Translations under genes and position numbers: made by a program
Source: an uncultured virus (IMG/VR IMGVR_UViG_3300046462_000389)
Lineage: Duplodnaviria > Heunggongvirae > Uroviricota > Caudoviricetes
Length of the DNA stretch: 20,000 bases
Direction: 5' to 3' (one strand)
Virus record (IMG/VR): IMGVR_UViG_3300046462_000389
Notes under the pieces: model-generated
What the model was told of the DNA's origin: nothing
The model's database searches: none
What the model saw: only the letters and a program-made list of their open reading frames with translations
Shown: one piece after another, positions 16,401-20,000 of the stretch
Numbering within the stretch: the first letter of the stretch is position 1
How the letters are laid out: each line of letters opens with the position of its first letter

Positions 16401-19400
16401 GACCTACGACCAGGGCACGCTGCAGGACGACCCGCTGAGTGTGTTCGGCAACGAGCAGACCCGCTCGTCGATGGCGATCAGCTCCTCGGCTGCCGCCAAC
16501 CTGTTCGGCACCCAAAATCAGAACCAGCGCCGGGTCATCAGCGCGATGAACAACGAGGGCAACGCTGGCGCGGCCTTCTCCGGTACCCAGGCCCTGATGT
16601 ACGGGCAGATGGGCTCTCGGATGGGCGGCGGTCTGGATCAGACCATCGGGGAGCTGCAGAAGTTCGGTGGAGCAGTCGGTGCGGCCAACCCTCCTCTGCG
16701 GGCGATGATCGACGCCGCCGAGCAGGCCTCCATTGCGCTGCGGAACTACAAGGACACCATCGGTGGCCGGACCACCCTGATGGACCAGGCTGGCACCCGA
16801 CTGACCGACTTCGGCCACGCGCTGGCTGCCTACCGCCAGAACCCGAACGACGAAACCAACGTCAAGCGGCTGCAGGGTGCTCAGGATGATGCCAAGCAGA
16901 CAGCGTTGTCCATCAACGACTGGATGCAGAACATGGTCCAGCAGTACCGGGCCTTCGATCGTCAGCGTCAGCAGGGCCAGGAGCAGTTGGACCGGTCGAT
17001 GCAGCGGCAGAACCGCGACTACGGCATCCAGATGGAGCAGGCTGACCAGGACTTCAACACCCAGCGGTCGCGGAACGAAGAGAACTACCACATCCAGCGG
17101 AACCGCAACATCAGTGATTTCCATCAGCAGGAGCAGCGTGCTCAGGCTGACTTCAACAAGCAGCGGAGCCGGGAAGAGCAGGACCACCAGACTCAGCTGA
17201 AGCGGATGGCTGAGGACTCGGCCAAGAGCTTCTACGACGTGTACACCCGGATCACCACCCAGCGCACCTGGGACTCTGCCAGTCTGCTGCAGAACATGGG
17301 TGTGCAGACCCAAGCGATGCAGCAGCAGAAGACCGACCTGGGCACCCTGCGGAAGATGGGACTGTCCAACGCAGCCATCCAGCAGCTCGGACTGTCGGAC
17401 CCCCAGCAGGCCCAGGAGGTCACTCGGCTGCTCCAGGGCCTCCAGGCCAATCCCTCCCAGATCAAGCAGTTCAACGCCGGGGTGGGGACCCGGACACAGT
17501 CGGCAGGTTCGTTGGCGATGGATGCTGGCAACACCGAGTACGCCCGCTCAGAGGCCGACCGGAAGAAGGCGCTGAAGCGCAGCTCGGATGACTTCGACGA
17601 GTCGATGGACCGGCAACGTAGTGACTTCCACAAGCAGCTGAGCCGCTCCGGACAGGACTTCTCGCGGGCGATGAGCCAGTCACAGAGTGACTACAACAAG
17701 ATGCGCAAGCGTCAGCAGGATGCTCTGAAGCGGTCTCAGGACGACATGCAGAGCGACTTCAACAACTCGATGAAGATCCAGCTGAGCAACATCAACTTCT
17801 TCGCCCAGCAGACCTCACAGACCTTCACCGATGCCCAGAAGACGGTGGAGTCGCGCACGTCCGGGATGACCAAGAAGCAGGTCCAGGACATGGGCGACCT
17901 GATGGGCAAGCTGAACTACGTGGTGGTCACCCAGGTTGATTCCATGGACACCACGGTGGCTGGGCCGTACAAGAAGTGGGGGATCTCCCCGCAGGGCAAG
18001 CAGCTCATCTCCGGTGGTATGGGTGGAGCTGGTGGCAGGACTGCTCCGGGCAAGGGCAACCCCCACGGCAACATCCCGGGTGGTGGTCCTGGCGACGATG
18101 CCTCGGTGGCCTCGGTGCTGACCACCTCCCACATCGGAGGCGGTGGCAGTGGTGGCAGCGGCAAGAAGGACTGGCCGGTCGCCAACCACCACGTCGGTAC
18201 TCCCTGGGGCAAGCCAGGTGGCTGGAAGGGTTCCAAGACCCTGGGTCCAGGCTTCCACTCCGGTGCCGACTTCCCGGTCGGTGTCGGTACCCCCGTGCAC
18301 GCGGTCGAGGACGGCACGATCTCCTCGGCGGGCTGGAAGGGTGCCTACGGCAACATGGTGGACATCAACCATGGTGGCGGCATCCACACCTGGTACGCCC
18401 ACAACTCCTCCCTCGGGGTGAAGCGTGGCGACCACGTCACTGCTGGTGAGGTCATCTCCCACTCTGGTGAGACCGGTCGTGCCTTCGGTCCCCACGTCCA
18501 CCTGGAGCTGCGGGTCAACGGCTACGACAAGGACCCGATCCCCTGGCTGAAGGGTGCTGCCACCCCCAGTGGTGGTTCTCCCAGTGGTAGCGGTCAGAGC
18601 GGTGCCACTGAGCCGCATCCGGACTTCAAGAAGTTCGTGGAGAAGTTCGAGTCCGAAGCTGACGCGATGAACTACCTCAGTTCTCACCGTGAGCAGTTCC
18701 ACTCCGGCTTCTACTACAAGAAGGGTGAGCTGGCCGATGCCATGGCCGCTGATTTCCACGAGCAGTGGCAGAACAAGTACGGCGGTGTTGCCTACGGCGA
18801 CGGGTCAACTGGTGATGGCGGTGTCACCACGGGTGGCAAGGGTGGTGCTATGGGGATCTGGAACGCGCTACGGACCGGTGGGTTGAGCGAGGTCCAGGCC
18901 GCTGGCGTGATGGGCAACATGCACGACGAGTCGGGGCTGAGCTGGAACATCAAGCAGGGTGGTGGCACCTCCAACAACCCGTCGTCAACCGGTGCTGGCT
19001 ACGGCCTGGTGCAGTGGACTCCCGGCTCCAAGCTGACCGAGATCTTGAAGGCGATGGGACTGCAGAACTCCCTGGAGAACCAGGTCAAGGCGCTGTTGAA
19101 CCAGCTGTCAGGTCATGGCCCGGACAGCGAGGGTCGGGCAGGGAAGATGCTGAAGGAAGCCACCTCGGTCTTCGACGCGACCAAGGCCTTCCTGCGCGGC
19201 TACGAGCGAGCGGCAGACACCTCCGACGCGGCGGTCAACCGGCGCAACAAGTGGAGCGAGCAGTACTACAAGCAGTTCCACGGAGGGAAGCTGCCCGACT
19301 CGGGTGCCATCAAGGGCACGCCCGGGGACAAGTTCGCTCAGGCGTTGAAGTGGGCCGAATCCCAGAGCGGTCTGCCCTACGTCTTCGGCTCACCTGGTCC

Positions 19401-20000
19401 TGGTGGTTACGACTGCTCCGGCTTCATCGGTGCGGTCCAGAACTACATCGAGGGCAAGCCACTGCACGTGCGTCGGTACTCCACCCAGCAGTTCGGTGGT
19501 CACACCAACTTCGACCACTTCACCAAGGGGAAGAAGTCACCCTTCATGATCGGGGTCAAGCCGGACACCGGTCGGTCCGGGCACATGGCGGGAACCCTGG
19601 ACGGGGTGAACATCGAGTCTTCCGGTGGCAAGGGTGTGCACTATGGCAGGGGAGCCAGGGGCTGGAACGACTCATACTTCTCCTGGCGCGGCGGCTACGG
19701 CGGCTACGGCGGGGGCACTGGATCGGCCAATCCGGGCTGGCACTGGGTTGGTGAGCACGGTCCTGAGCTGCGGGCCTTCAAGGGCGGGGAGACCGTTCTG
19801 AACGCTGCCCAGTCGATGAATGCCATGATGAGAGCCAAGTCCAACCAGGTGGTGTCGGCGTCAGGTAACCACATCACCACCAACAACAACTCCTTCGATC
19901 ACTCGGTACAGGTGGCCAGCGTGACGGTCAAGGCAGACAACCCCCGGACGATGTTGACCGAGCTGGAGCGAGAGGCCCGGTTCGCTGCTCTGACGGGGAC
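13324..20000 (+). CDS. Tape measure protein (>2225 aa, runs off the window) with C-terminal M23 peptidase, phage-tail-lysozyme-like and NlpC/P60 domains
   Basis: Frame reads open from GTG 13324 (ANEQYGVTLTADSQQYQQSL) to the end of the window. TP901-like core, LGGPVGLA motif, 11-residue repeats; HSGAD (18256-18270) and HVH (18493-18501); QAAGVMGNMHDESG...GYGLVQWT (about 18850-19280); PYVFG...YDCSG...GHMAG...IES (about 19330-19690); terminal WVGEHGPEL motif. Confidence 0.9.
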   Translation, partial: MANEQYGVTLTADSQQYQQSLNQSVQSTNSLTDALGRAGVAMQGLWQKTNRKLTFIAAGEVAAITAASIAAGNLQQQMAQLQARQVLLHQDTNSYVGTVSNLQRQYGQTSQQAVQLIQQLNQLQVPFRQQQATAQNYIRMASVTGENVNQLATSQQNFMRAMGGSQRSVENYSSMMSKLQATTGASASATADFATSIAPISRTLGINSKEVAGISAAFVKSGQDGYAAANVYTKIMSDINRATQYGSPELKTYADLLGVSVDQFKQMPKAEAITQIFDDLNKQGPRGIKMLEQLGLEGVRSQRAIASVAQQGGLGGAINTANDAYSKTGDYQKASKEALSGMNDELSKTQQSLTAVAQGFGSLFIPMITKAVQAVNTFISPLVKLTTMLASMPDWMKSMGALLAGGAVAANFIPRIIAGLAGATGIAQVLRGPASLGVRAGFRPNNLNEAQQNFMKGEGMAGPRTLFRAGEFVGRNVRPSTWVERFGGAEGLSRYQDRMANLGGSAGDRWRRLGISAVSGVGSLASSMFLPWQKDYLQDPSQMHKNPFVSRMMMTDQGTWGDQFKKWFGVTQEQKDAFRDATGREAAAGNLAAIKAQTGALNSMNKETNNATTVMGQFRKSAGQFARAGLNAMGGAAYEGGRMGMAGLRAGAPRALGALGRGVGAVTDFLGGPVGLAMMAGTAAVGAYGQYKSGIEGGKVDAGDDVGAGHTYREALGIAARATTSFADVINESAHSINDAVTSVAGAIQVSAKDIQTASGKPVQDQNVKNLTGTNLQNYVTGALYGASPQEAQSLKYDLLAKGMSQSEVQQMLNTGTNQNTPLTGLYGAINTSNQTGLWGTGLFNQFGLSSANQQNVQTATGTAQQQLALINQRLGPQAANQFTQAQYADLVRANYGAATASGGFDTSQFNGTMGSGSREAQGRQQAFLQFLGTTDPESLKALQQTQTDLANQMGGSTAQGQGGGAGIRNRFGGRNAVGGQQAKQLTAEEQNKLIRNSMNKLANSGTPAGEKMRQAMIDAGMNPNLTYDQGTLQDDPLSVFGNEQTRSSMAISSSAAANLFGTQNQNQRRVISAMNNEGNAGAAFSGTQALMYGQMGSRMGGGLDQTIGELQKFGGAVGAANPPLRAMIDAAEQASIALRNYKDTIGGRTTLMDQAGTRLTDFGHALAAYRQNPNDETNVKRLQGAQDDAKQTALSINDWMQNMVQQYRAFDRQRQQGQEQLDRSMQRQNRDYGIQMEQADQDFNTQRSRNEENYHIQRNRNISDFHQQEQRAQADFNKQRSREEQDHQTQLKRMAEDSAKSFYDVYTRITTQRTWDSASLLQNMGVQTQAMQQQKTDLGTLRKMGLSNAAIQQLGLSDPQQAQEVTRLLQGLQANPSQIKQFNAGVGTRTQSAGSLAMDAGNTEYARSEADRKKALKRSSDDFDESMDRQRSDFHKQLSRSGQDFSRAMSQSQSDYNKMRKRQQDALKRSQDDMQSDFNNSMKIQLSNINFFAQQTSQTFTDAQKTVESRTSGMTKKQVQDMGDLMGKLNYVVVTQVDSMDTTVAGPYKKWGISPQGKQLISGGMGGAGGRTAPGKGNPHGNIPGGGPGDDASVASVLTTSHIGGGGSGGSGKKDWPVANHHVGTPWGKPGGWKGSKTLGPGFHSGADFPVGVGTPVHAVEDGTISSAGWKGAYGNMVDINHGGGIHTWYAHNSSLGVKRGDHVTAGEVISHSGETGRAFGPHVHLELRVNGYDKDPIPWLKGAATPSGGSPSGSGQSGATEPHPDFKKFVEKFESEADAMNYLSSHREQFHSGFYYKKGELADAMAADFHEQWQNKYGGVAYGDGSTGDGGVTTGGKGGAMGIWNALRTGGLSEVQAAGVMGNMHDESGLSWNIKQGGGTSNNPSSTGAGYGLVQWTPGSKLTEILKAMGLQNSLENQVKALLNQLSGHGPDSEGRAGKMLKEATSVFDATKAFLRGYERAADTSDAAVNRRNKWSEQYYKQFHGGKLPDSGAIKGTPGDKFAQALKWAESQSGLPYVFGSPGPGGYDCSGFIGAVQNYIEGKPLHVRRYSTQQFGGHTNFDHFTKGKKSPFMIGVKPDTGRSGHMAGTLDGVNIESSGGKGVHYGRGARGWNDSYFSWRGGYGGYGGGTGSANPGWHWVGEHGPELRAFKGGETVLNAAQSMNAMMRAKSNQVVSASGNHITTNNNSFDHSVQVASVTVKADNPRTMLTELEREARFAALTG

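Noticed and set aside
15184..17313. 709-aa minus-strand ORF
   Set aside because: Antisense shadow of the tape measure gene, expected from GC-biased codon usage; no recognisable motifs.
19014..19754. 246-aa alternative-frame + ORF and other short + ORFs inside the tape measure
   Set aside because: Out of frame with clear enzyme domains; Arg/Gly-rich off-frame composition.
1..20000. CRISPR arrays, tRNAs, introns/inteins, diversity-generating retroelement repeats, stop-codon recoding
   Set aside because: None seen by eye: genes are tightly packed and intact under the standard code, with no long nucleotide repeats or reverse transcriptase/endonuclease motifs.

Overview
The window is one continuous, GC-rich, + strand morphogenesis operon of a long-tailed (siphovirus-type) phage or prophage, most likely with an actinobacterial host (inferred from GC content, tail-gene style and tape-measure enzymes). 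Order: 916-aa putative internal head protein, MuF-like minor head protein with a long C-terminal extension, XkdF-type prohead protease with a long N-terminal extension, Gly-rich basic protein, scaffold, DUF2190-like capsid decoration protein, major capsid protein, terminator, head-associated protein, adaptor, stopper, gp10-like neck protein, tail terminator, small protein, major tail protein, tail assembly chaperone with a -1 frameshift, and a >2225-aa tape measure protein (absent from the ORF track because it runs off the window) ending in M23, lysozyme-like and NlpC/P60 domains. The head module (1-7662) is the unusual part. Five consecutive proteins carry recurring hydrophobic-small-K-(S/A) motifs that look like maturation-protease sites. 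These motifs delimit modules: an (H/Q)xRD..GxF motif, glycine-zipper hairpins, a His-less JAB-like domain and a degenerate ADP-ribosyltransferase-like domain. The conserved EISLVxxxAN strand of the protease fold appears on the scaffold rather than on the protease. Together this suggests a protease-processed, capsid-packaged payload cassette. All family calls come from motif recognition by eye; no searches were run.
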